This document shows positions 56,478 to 64,000 of a stretch of 64,000 bases of DNA, piece by piece (positions within the stretch are counted from its first letter, which is position 1; each line of letters opens with the position of its first letter). The notes beneath the pieces were generated by a model. It saw only the letters and a list, made by a program, of their open reading frames with translations. It was not told the origin of the DNA and made no database searches. Origin of the DNA: an uncultured virus (IMG/VR IMGVR_UViG_3300021399_000142) (Duplodnaviria; Heunggongvirae; Uroviricota; Caudoviricetes); the IMG/VR virus record IMGVR_UViG_3300021399_000142; one strand, written 5' to 3'. The position numbers were made by a program, and so were the translations under genes.

Positions 56478-57538
56478 GTTTTTGATACGAAAGAAATATC
56501 TTTTAATATTTTATTAACAACAATATCATCTATTGTTGTATCAACCGCTTTACCAGTCGTGTCTATAAACATTTCAGTTAACATGCTTTTTAATTGCGCT
56601 CCATCTGAAATCGTTAAAACATTTTTTAATTTTTTAATTTGATTAAAAATTGTATAATAATCCATTAAATCAGCACCGCTAGCTTTAATTTGGGTATTTG
56701 TGTAGCTATTATCTCCGCCTTTAAAACCGATAACCCTATCATAAGATAAATTTTTAGTAAAAAATAGCTTTTTTGTTAAATCATAATTAAAAGTAATTTG
56801 TTCATCTGAAGCATCGCTTCCAGCTTCATACAAAGACGTATCTAAACCTTCAATTATGTGTCCTTTATTAAACTGCTGATACCTACCTTTTTTATTCCAT
56901 AAATTAGTTGGAGTTTTATTTACTTCACTACCATATTGTTCAATTATGGAACTATGTACCATAAAACCATATGTATATCCTGGTTGCATATCTTTAGCCA
57001 TTATTGAAGTATATAATTTATTAAACGCTGATAAAAAAGCCTCTTCTTGTTCTGTGTGCTTTATTTTTTTAGCTAAAGTATTTAAAGAGGTAGAAATATT
57101 AAAACCTTGTTCTATTCCATGACTTGAAGTTATCTTTAAATATTGTATTATTTCTTCTTCAGATAAAGAAACCATAGCTACAGTTCCTTCCTTAGTCTCT
57201 ACATAATATCTATAATTCACAACAGAACTTCCAGTAACATAGGCTCTAAAATTTTGTAAAAGAAGATAACCCTTCAATAATAGCTGTCGCTTTTTAATGC
57301 TGCCTCGTTGGAAACTATAAATTGTTTCTTCTTTACCTTTAGAATTTATATAGGTTTTTTCAATTAATAAAAATTCTTGCCCTATTTTATCAAGCTCAGT
57401 TAATAATTTTTGTATATCAACAGATACTATTTTTTGACTATCTTTTACAAAAATATCGGCAACTTCATTTACAATAGCTTCTATTTGTTTATCTTTACTT
57501 CGTGATTGAGAAAAAAGATTTGGAGTTTTACTTACCAT
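56474..57538 (-). CDS. Hypothetical protein, possible PD-(D/E)xK-like nuclease
   Basis: 354 aa, AT-rich; GHIIE...GGDN..NTQIK resembles an E..D..QxK motif. Confidence 0.35.
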   Translation of the reverse strand: MVSKTPNLFSQSRSKDKQIEAIVNEVADIFVKDSQKIVSVDIQKLLTELDKIGQEFLLIEKTYINSKGKEETIYSFQRGSIKKRQLLLKGYLLLQNFRAYVTGSSVVNYRYYVETKEGTVAMVSLSEEEIIQYLKITSSHGIEQGFNISTSLNTLAKKIKHTEQEEAFLSAFNKLYTSIMAKDMQPGYTYGFMVHSSIIEQYGSEVNKTPTNLWNKKGRYQQFNKGHIIEGLDTSLYEAGSDASDEQITFNYDLTKKLFFTKNLSYDRVIGFKGGDNSYTNTQIKASGADLMDYYTIFNQIKKLKNVLTISDGAQLKSMLTEMFIDTTGKAVDTTIDDIVVNKILKDISFVSKT

Positions 57539-57554
57539 CTTCTCCTCCTTTCAA

Positions 57555-57598
57555 TAAAAAATAGGGCGGCAGTCAACCGACCACCGCCCGCATTTTTA
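57555..57598. terminator. Terminator after the tail tube gene
   Basis: AAAAAATAGGGCGG...CCGCCCGCATTTTT. Confidence 0.7.
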
Positions 57599-57651
57599 TA
57601 ATTTTAAGCCAAATCAATGACTTTAACTATTAGCCTTCAGCTATGCTTATT

Positions 57652-58917
57652 TTAGTTTCCAGATTGTGTTTCAGTTTTACCACTTTCACCTGGTGTTTCA
57701 GAATTAGTTGACTGAACTGCTGTAAAAGTAGGTGTATCAGTTGCAGGTTTTGTTGTATCACAATCCATGCACTCATCTTCTTCACCGCTAATACTAAGAA
57801 TCTGAATATCGCACATTGTCTTCTTATCACATCTTGTGATAGTATAACCAGGGAATGCATCCATAGTGAAATTGAATGTACTTGGGTCACCAGAAGCCGC
57901 CATAGTAAATGTGAAACCAGACTGAACCTTTACTTTAGGGAAAGTAATGTTAGCAGCAACGTCCTTACCTGTTGCTTCATCACGGAATAATGTTTGTGCT
58001 TCAACGTAGAAGTATCCACCGAAGTCTTCAGGTCCAATAGTAATTGTCTGAACACTATTTGTCATAGCAAGATAGAAATCAACGATAACTGTCTTACCGA
58101 TTGCTGATGCAGGAACCTTAAGAGTTGCAGGAGCATTAGCAGTAACTGTAATAGCTTCTGCAATGTCATCTACCTCTAAAAAGTCCTCAGCTCTGCCAGC
58201 AGAGCCAATAACAGTTGCATACATAGGAATGCAATCGCAAATTAAAAAGCTTGTAGCATTATCGAGACCTGTTTCTTCTTTAAGGTCATTTAATTCAATT
58301 TCAATACCACCTTTAGTAGCGTCGCCAGTGATAGTACCAACAGTCTTTTCAAGAGTAACGTGTACACGTGCACTCTCACCAACAGCATGGTTAATTAAAC
58401 CAGCGCCAGAAAGAACTGCAAGACCCATAGGAGACATAAGAGCGTCTTCTACAGTAAAAGTCATTGTCTTCTCACCTTCCCAAGCGAGCAAACGAGCATA
58501 ACCTCTACCACCCTGTGCATAAACAGTTGTAGATGCCTGTTCAAAGTTAGAAGTTCTAGCTGTATCAATCATAAATACAGGCTGATACTTCTTGAAAACT
58601 TTGTTACCAACCTTCTGGTTGTTAGCTGCTGCTTTGAAGGTTACATCGCAAATTTCTCTTCATAATATTTAATTAATATTATGGACTATCTCTTATAATT
58701 ACTCTAGGTAATTATATACCCATTTCGATTTACATACCAATAGTAAACCTACATAATCTATTAAGATTATTAGTCTCTACATCGCGAGGTGTCGTTAACG
58801 CCCCATGACTCGGGATTCTCACTTTAAGTGCATTCCCCGATAGCCACTCTTATTAAATGACCCCAGTGGTTGCTGGATAGGGTATATTAGTGCGAGATTA
58901 TTCACACCAAATTTCAT
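57652..58917 (-). CDS. Major tail tube protein, split by a group I intron (exon 1 58917-58904, exon 2 58660-57652; 340 aa spliced)
   Basis: AAGGAGG RBS + ATG 58917. Splicing gives MKFGVREICDVTFKAA...MIDTA, in frame with ORF 57652-58572 (YAQGGRG, FTFTMAASGDPSTFNFTMDAFP); synteny. Confidence 0.85.
58661..58903 (-). ncRNA. ORF-less group I self-splicing intron (243 nt, IA-like)
   Basis: 5' exon ends in U paired to G in P1 (GGUGU|GA with UCGCACU). Terminal G. R element GUAGAGACUA (58771-58780), S element AAGAGAUAGUCC (58683-58694), P3 AUAUACCC/GGGUAUAU, P8 and P9 hairpins. Removal restores the frame. Confidence 0.92.
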
Positions 58918-58943
58918 ATTTAATTTTCCTCCTTAAATTTTTC

Positions 58944-59741
58944 TTAATTAAAAAATTTTTGAAATTTATTTCTCTTTCTTAATAAAAATAATTCAGGATT
59001 ATTTTTATACATAAAAGAGTAAAGTTTTAAAGAATCTTTTTTTCCAAAACGAATTGTTCTTGAAGAAGCATCATAACTGCCACCTTCTACCTTAGCTTTT
59101 TCTTTTAAGATTCTTAATAACTCGTCTAGAAATTTTTTACTACCACAACAAAAACTTGTATTTATTCGATTATTTTTTATTAAACAAACACATCCATCTC
59201 CATCAAAATACCCTCTAATAAAATCAGATAAATACTTTTCGGGAATAATTGTAGTAGGAAAAGTTAAAGTCAAACTTTTTTGTTCGGAACCACCTAAATT
59301 AATTAAATCATCATAAATGACCTTACAACAAAAATTAATTCTTGATGCTTGCCTATCTACATAATCTTGAATAGGGCCTTCATACTTTAATTCTTCAGCA
59401 AATTTTTTTATGATATATTTATCTTTATTTTGTACTGTAATATCAAACATCTTCCCGCCATAAATACATCCATCTGCATACCAGAATCCTAACATATAAG
59501 CCATATTAGGTGTCCAAGTTTTAAAATAATCTTGATTTATATGCCACTTTCTACCGTTTTGGCTCTGAATTTGACTTTTTTCTATTTTAGATATTTTTTT
59601 TATTCTTTTTCCATTATGATAACAAAAAGAATATATTTGATTTTTACTGTATTGAGAACCAAAAAACTCAACCCATTCTGGCAAGGTTTTACTCTCACTC
59701 TGAGATAAGAGAATCTCCTTGTGTTCCGGTGTTATTGGCAT
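58944..59741 (-). mobile_element. Free-standing LAGLIDADG homing endonuclease gene
   Basis: Two motifs, AYMLGFWYADGCI and FIRGYFDGDGCV; AAGGAGG RBS before ATG 59741. Confidence 0.88.
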
Positions 59742-59773
59742 AGCACACTTCCTCCTTAAAATTTTGCAAAATA

Positions 59774-60511
59774 TTAGGAATGGATATCTTCCATCCAATT
59801 CTTTACTTCTTCCATATCTTTTGCTCCCGCCATTTTCGCATGAACGTAAATATCAAAATCTTGTTTCAATTTAAAACGTTCAAATTCATCCATTATTTGA
59901 TAAACAGTATATTGCATTAACTCATTCATATCTTTTTGCAATCCAACTGCTAAGATAGAAGTATAACGACTAAACAAATTTACTTTCTGTTCTTCGCCCT
60001 TCATACTAGCAAGTTTCTGTTGCCTCTTTTTAAACTTTTCTGCAATCTTGTTGGCTAGGGCATCCGCGGGATTGTATCTACCCTCATCACCACCCATACC
60101 ATTTAAACAAAATATTTGACGAACTATATCCTGGAATTCGTCAAAGTTATATTCATTGATACTTGACTCGAAATTTTCTAATTGAAGAAGTATTTTATCT
60201 TTATTTATTTTAACCTCTGCGTTTGGAAACATAAGGGTTAAAACCAACATTGCGTCAGTTTTGTGCTTAGCACTTTCCGCACTATTCATTACTGACATAA
60301 ATATATTAAAATTGCTTTGATTCTCTAATCCACTTTTGTCCTGCATATTTAGATTATCTTTATTAAACAAGAGAAAACGAGAGCCAATATGAAAAGCTTC
60401 CTCTCCAATATAAGCAATTTCATTTAGGCGGGGTTGGTGTATTGCACATCGCCCCATCCTAAATGGAATATCGTTTCCTGATAATAATAATAATTCATCT
60501 AACTGCCCCAT
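59774..60511 (-). CDS. Tail morphogenesis protein (chaperone-like)
   Basis: 245 aa; C-terminal NELMQYTVYQIMDEFER resembles tail chaperones; synteny. Confidence 0.45.
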   Translation of the reverse strand: MGQLDELLLLSGNDIPFRMGRCAIHQPRLNEIAYIGEEAFHIGSRFLLFNKDNLNMQDKSGLENQSNFNIFMSVMNSAESAKHKTDAMLVLTLMFPNAEVKINKDKILLQLENFESSINEYNFDEFQDIVRQIFCLNGMGGDEGRYNPADALANKIAEKFKKRQQKLASMKGEEQKVNLFSRYTSILAVGLQKDMNELMQYTVYQIMDEFERFKLKQDFDIYVHAKMAGAKDMEEVKNWMEDIHS

Positions 60512-60517
60512 TTAATT

Positions 60518-61111
60518 TCACTCCCCTTCGATAAGGTCATCATTACCGTGGGTCGCGCTATACATTAAACAATAGCCAGATAAATTTTGATTAAGAACAA
60601 TTTCATTACAGCCTAAAAAGTTTAAAGTTCCAATTCCAGATAACTTTGTATCATTTAAAATACCATCAATATATCCCGCAATCTTAAGCGGTCTTACGGC
60701 AAATCCTTCTAGATCCCAATAATCTGTATGACAAATTATATCAATTTCAATAGTACAATCTCTATAATAGTCATTTTCAGGATTAGGAATAAAATTATCA
60801 AATGTAATCAAGATATAAGATTTAACATCTTCATTTTCTCCCATTGCTAGCTTAGGACTTGTTTTAATATATTGTTGTTTTCTTAAGTCTGCAATTGAAG
60901 TTTCTTTAATCTTCTTATTGTAAATAGGATTAGTTTTAGCAGATTCCAATAAACAATCTTTAGTATTGATTAAAAGCAAGCGTTTTAATTCATCACTATA
61001 AGGTCTACTATCTACAAACAGTTTCTTGATAATTGTTTCTGCATCTTTCTCACAAGAGAGAAAAGAAGAGCGAAACTTACCAACAAAGCCATTCATCTTA
61101 GAACCTCTCAT
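60518..61111 (-). CDS. Putative tail completion/terminator protein
   Basis: 197 aa, DCTIEIDIICH..W...RPLKIAGYID; position between neck and tube. Confidence 0.5.
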   Translation of the reverse strand: MRGSKMNGFVGKFRSSFLSCEKDAETIIKKLFVDSRPYSDELKRLLLINTKDCLLESAKTNPIYNKKIKETSIADLRKQQYIKTSPKLAMGENEDVKSYILITFDNFIPNPENDYYRDCTIEIDIICHTDYWDLEGFAVRPLKIAGYIDGILNDTKLSGIGTLNFLGCNEIVLNQNLSGYCLMYSATHGNDDLIEGE

Positions 61112-61133
61112 ATATATATCCTCCTTTTATCTC

Positions 61134-62090
61134 TTAAAACGACTGAACTATGATTTCCTGTTCTACTACAGCGCCATCATCACTTTGATATGTTAAAATA
61201 AACTTTGTAGGTTTTCCTGTCAAAATTTCTAAAACACACGAAGTTGTCGTCGTTGAACTAATTTTTACTTTATTAGAGTTTACTGCCCATTTACCAGTGG
61301 TTAATCCAACAATAGAATAAGATAAATCAGTGTCATAGCCATATACAGTACGCGGGCCGTCGATATGAGGCTGCTCTTTATTTGGCTCGTCTGGAACAGG
61401 GCTAATCTCAGCATCTTCCATCGGATTATCGTTCCATTCATCTAAATAAACATCAATTAAAGACTGACTTGAGTATTTATCTGTAGCTACGACTTTCCAA
61501 TTATGATACTCTTCTATGATTTCTCCTGTATCTACATCTGGATAGGTTAATTTGATTTTAACTACTTGATGTCTAGTAAAAAACTTTATTGTCTGACTAT
61601 TTTTAATAACCTTCAAAACCAAAGAATAATTAAGATTGTTGAAGGATATTTGATGTGTAGTTTGCCAATCTGTAGAGATCTCATTTGGACCTCGACCAAC
61701 CGCCCAATAAGTATTTCCGTCTATATCTATTTCATAATTAGCACGAGTAATAGTGCCTCTAAAATAGGCTTCTTCTGTATGTTGCTGTAAATCAACCATC
61801 CAGAATGCTTTTGTTCTATCCCACCAAAATACAGTTCCTTCCTGCACGCCAGCATCAAAATCAATTGATAAAATTTTTTTATCATATTCTTCTGTGAGGC
61901 GGGAAGGGTTGATTAAACAACGCCACTTACGTTCTTTTTCTTTACCTTTGTCAAGTGTTATCCATTCAGCTTGATAACTTGAACGCAAGGCACCTTGGAA
62001 ACTTTTGTATTTACCTGTGACGTTACGACCATCCGCCCTATCATATCCAAGATACCCCACTCTTTTCTTCATTCTGTCTAAACCAGACAT
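61134..62090 (-). CDS. Putative head-closure/neck protein with C-terminal Ig-like domain
   Basis: Beta-rich; synteny; start probably MSGLDRMKKR at 62090. Confidence 0.5.
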   Translation of the reverse strand: MSGLDRMKKRVGYLGYDRADGRNVTGKYKSFQGALRSSYQAEWITLDKGKEKERKWRCLINPSRLTEEYDKKILSIDFDAGVQEGTVFWWDRTKAFWMVDLQQHTEEAYFRGTITRANYEIDIDGNTYWAVGRGPNEISTDWQTTHQISFNNLNYSLVLKVIKNSQTIKFFTRHQVVKIKLTYPDVDTGEIIEEYHNWKVVATDKYSSQSLIDVYLDEWNDNPMEDAEISPVPDEPNKEQPHIDGPRTVYGYDTDLSYSIVGLTTGKWAVNSNKVKISSTTTTSCVLEILTGKPTKFILTYQSDDGAVVEQEIIVQSF

Positions 62091-62392
62091 GATTTTAACT
62101 GCTTTAACAAACCTAAGCACTCAAAAATTAACTTTCTGAAAGCAAGATAATCTTCTGTGTTCGTAAGAGTTGTTAAAGCCTCCATTTTGCAAAGTAATGA
62201 GAATAAAATTGTTTGGTCGCATTTTAACATTTTACTCATTCCGCCTACTTCCAAAATTAAATTATGAAGAGGTGTTTCCCAGTCACCGCCCTCTTCTCGA
62301 AAAGGAAGTAATTTAAAAACTTGATTAATGATGCGGTCGAGGTTATCGCAAACCGCATCATTATCAATCTCTATATTGTATTTTAAAACCAT
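62078..62392 (-). CDS. Hypothetical protein in the neck module
   Basis: 104 aa overlapping both neighbours. Confidence 0.6.
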   Translation of the reverse strand: MVLKYNIEIDNDAVCDNLDRIINQVFKLLPFREEGGDWETPLHNLILEVGGMSKMLKCDQTILFSLLCKMEALTTLTNTEDYLAFRKLIFECLGLLKQLKSCLV

Positions 62393-62969
62393 AAGTTGGC
62401 TCGCTCATAATCGATGCCATGGTAGACTGGATTTCCCCATTAGACATTCTTATTCTTCTTTTGTAAAGTCTTTGCAAATGCAAACAATCTGACTTGTGTG
62501 CATCAATTAAAACTTTTAGTTTTGCCATATGATTAGCTTGAGAAGTAAATTTAAAATCACTACCAGAATACTTTAAGCGGGTATTCTCTGTAGTATCAAG
62601 CTGTTGACCTAACCATCCTATAACCATATTTAATGCAATAATATCAATCTCTTCTCTTGTAAGTTCGATATTAAAAGTGCCGCCTACCCATCCGTAGGCG
62701 GCAACTTCTTTACCATCACTTTCTACCCCGCAGTACTCTCCTAAATACCCCCAGGCACCTTCCTCATAATCGAACAAGTCGAAACGAGGAAATTCAAATC
62801 TCGAAAGATTATTTAATAATAAATCCTGTAACATCAAGAAAGTATCTTCTTCAGTAAATTCTAAATCTGTAAACATATCATCTGTGATGTGTGTAAAAAA
62901 TGCATCATATATAGTACAAAATGAGGTTGGGTTATTTGGATCTCTTTTCATCTCTGTTAATTCGCCCAT
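62364..62969 (-). CDS. Putative head-tail adaptor
   Basis: 201 aa, helical; two genes after the capsid. Confidence 0.5.
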   Translation of the reverse strand: MGELTEMKRDPNNPTSFCTIYDAFFTHITDDMFTDLEFTEEDTFLMLQDLLLNNLSRFEFPRFDLFDYEEGAWGYLGEYCGVESDGKEVAAYGWVGGTFNIELTREEIDIIALNMVIGWLGQQLDTTENTRLKYSGSDFKFTSQANHMAKLKVLIDAHKSDCLHLQRLYKRRIRMSNGEIQSTMASIMSEPTYGFKIQYRD

Positions 62970-62987
62970 ACCTTACCCCACTTTCTT

Positions 62988-63596
62988 TTACTTATTTTTG
63001 TTAACCACTTTATATTGAGGAACCTGAGCGGCTGGCTGTGTCTGAATTGGAGTTGTACGACGTGTTTTTCCTTCTGCTACAGGAGTAGAATTCTCTGTCT
63101 TAACTCTTCTTTCTTTCTTAGTGACTTCTTTCTGCTCATCTTCCGCGTTCATAATATGATTTACATTAATAGCATTATTTATATTAAAACCAGTTACTTC
63201 TGTGATAATATCACGTTTTCTAATATCAGGAATTTCTTCCTTAACTGCAATATCTTTACAAAGTTCAATAGCGCCCTCTGGAGCGAAATCTAAGAAATCT
63301 CTTAACTGGTCCATTGTTCCACTTAATAGTAAATTACGAATATCATTTTCTGTATAATTATATTCAGGCTCAACTTTCATATTCAAATATTCAAGAGCTG
63401 ACTGACTTTCAACTACGAATAAGTCATTGAGAGTATAATCACCGCCTGGTTGATACTGTAATTGCTGTAATTCTTCTAAGGGAATTCTTTTTGTTTCGCC
63501 TGGCGCGAAATTTCTCCAGATACCACGATCGGGAATTGAATACCCTGTAAAACCATTATTTCTATTTCGTACTGAAATTAATTCTTTTCCATCCAT
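62988..63596 (-). CDS. Hypothetical protein following the major capsid gene
   Basis: 202 aa, AAGGAG RBS. Confidence 0.6.
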   Translation of the reverse strand: MDGKELISVRNRNNGFTGYSIPDRGIWRNFAPGETKRIPLEELQQLQYQPGGDYTLNDLFVVESQSALEYLNMKVEPEYNYTENDIRNLLLSGTMDQLRDFLDFAPEGAIELCKDIAVKEEIPDIRKRDIITEVTGFNINNAINVNHIMNAEDEQKEVTKKERRVKTENSTPVAEGKTRRTTPIQTQPAAQVPQYKVVNKNK

Positions 63597-63624
63597 AATT
63601 TTTACTCCTTTTATCTCATTATAT

Positions 63625-63668
63625 AAAAAGATTGGGGAAGATAAAATATCTTCCTTTTATCTTCCCCA
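63625..63668 (-). terminator. Terminator after the capsid gene
   Basis: GGGGAAGATAAAA/TTTTATCTTCCCC stem with a T tract on the - strand. Confidence 0.7.
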
Positions 63669-63698
63669 TATTCTTTTATCTATACCTAATTAACTAAA

Positions 63699-64000
63699 TT
63701 ATAAGTTTACAGCTCTCTTAAGACTTGTATTCTGATATACGCAAATTGCGTTAGAGAATACAGCACGAACTCCGACCTTCTTGTAAATCTGAATCTCACG
63801 AGAACGATCATAGTTGTTATATTCATCAACAATTGTACCGCCTTCAAGAGCAATCTTAACTGGCTTCTCTGCGCCTGTAGGGATAATATAAGCAAATGAA
63901 GGATCAATTACCTTAACAGTGTTTGTTTCATCTTCATAAGACTGAGGAAGAACAACAACTGAATGTCCCTTATAACTAGCGAGATAACCACTGTTCCATC
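63699..64000 (-). CDS. Major capsid protein, 3' end (5' truncated by the window edge)
   Basis: Open frame WNSGYLASYKGHSVVVLPQSYEDETN...REIQIYKKVGVRAV...NL*, HK97-like C-terminus, followed by a terminator and neck genes. Confidence 0.7.
   Translation of the reverse strand, partial: WNSGYLASYKGHSVVVLPQSYEDETNTVKVIDPSFAYIIPTGAEKPVKIALEGGTIVDEYNNYDRSREIQIYKKVGVRAVFSNAICVYQNTSLKRAVNL

Noticed and set aside
57630..57890. Frameshift-extended tail tube via the overlapping 86-aa ORF
   Set aside because: The alternative frame ends only 22 nt past the tube stop, so no extra domain would be added.
63707..63907. 66-aa ORF at the right edge
   Set aside because: It is a shadow frame of the capsid gene, which runs off the window.
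1..64000. Genome-wide stop-codon reassignment as the explanation for internal stops
   Set aside because: TAA, TAG and TGA all end normal genes here and long genes are intact in code 11. Readthrough would not fix the Walker A spacing or the dnaE frame.
1..64000. CRISPR arrays, tRNA/rRNA genes, integrase and the many short antisense ORFs in the track
   Set aside because: No regularly spaced repeats, cloverleaf motifs or recombinase motifs were seen by eye. Antisense and overlapping ORFs lack RBSs and lie within well-supported genes.

Overview
This is an internal 64-kb segment of a large, AT-rich tailed phage, most likely a long-tailed siphovirus of a Bacillota/Clostridia host. The host inference rests on sigmaA-type promoters, strong AGGAGG ribosome-binding sites and an anaerobic NrdDG. 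The left arm (1-24.65 kb, + strand) is a replication and nucleotide-metabolism module: SSB-like protein, Sak4-like ATPase, DnaB-like helicase, macrodomain, primase, RecJ, adenine methyltransferase, RecD/Dda-like helicase, small accessory ORFs, HNH endonuclease, DnaE-type polymerase, NrdDG and dUTPase. The right arm (24.73-64 kb, - strand) is the morphogenesis module: 3' end of the major capsid gene, neck genes, LAGLIDADG endonuclease, tail tube, 3107-aa tape measure, baseplate and tail proteins, holins, two paralogous tail fibres and RuvC. The main observation is that three core genes are interrupted within their first ~32 codons, each by a different device that can restore the protein. (1) dnaE has a prfB-type CUU-UGA-C +1 frameshift site right after the PHP HxH motif, directly downstream of a free-standing HNH gene. 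(2) The RecD-like helicase has GCC-UAA-GCU inside its Walker A, a matched-codon stop-hop that restores GYAGSGKST. (3) The tail tube gene has an ORF-less 243-nt group I intron directly downstream of a free-standing LAGLIDADG gene. My hypothesis is that 1-6 nt recoding insertions act as intron substitutes in endonuclease homing cassettes and/or as release-factor-sensitive switches on replication. A fixed-spacing non-sigmaA motif (6 copies, putative late promoter) and strong GCGGGA enrichment are also visible. All product calls come from reading motifs and synteny; no database searches were run.
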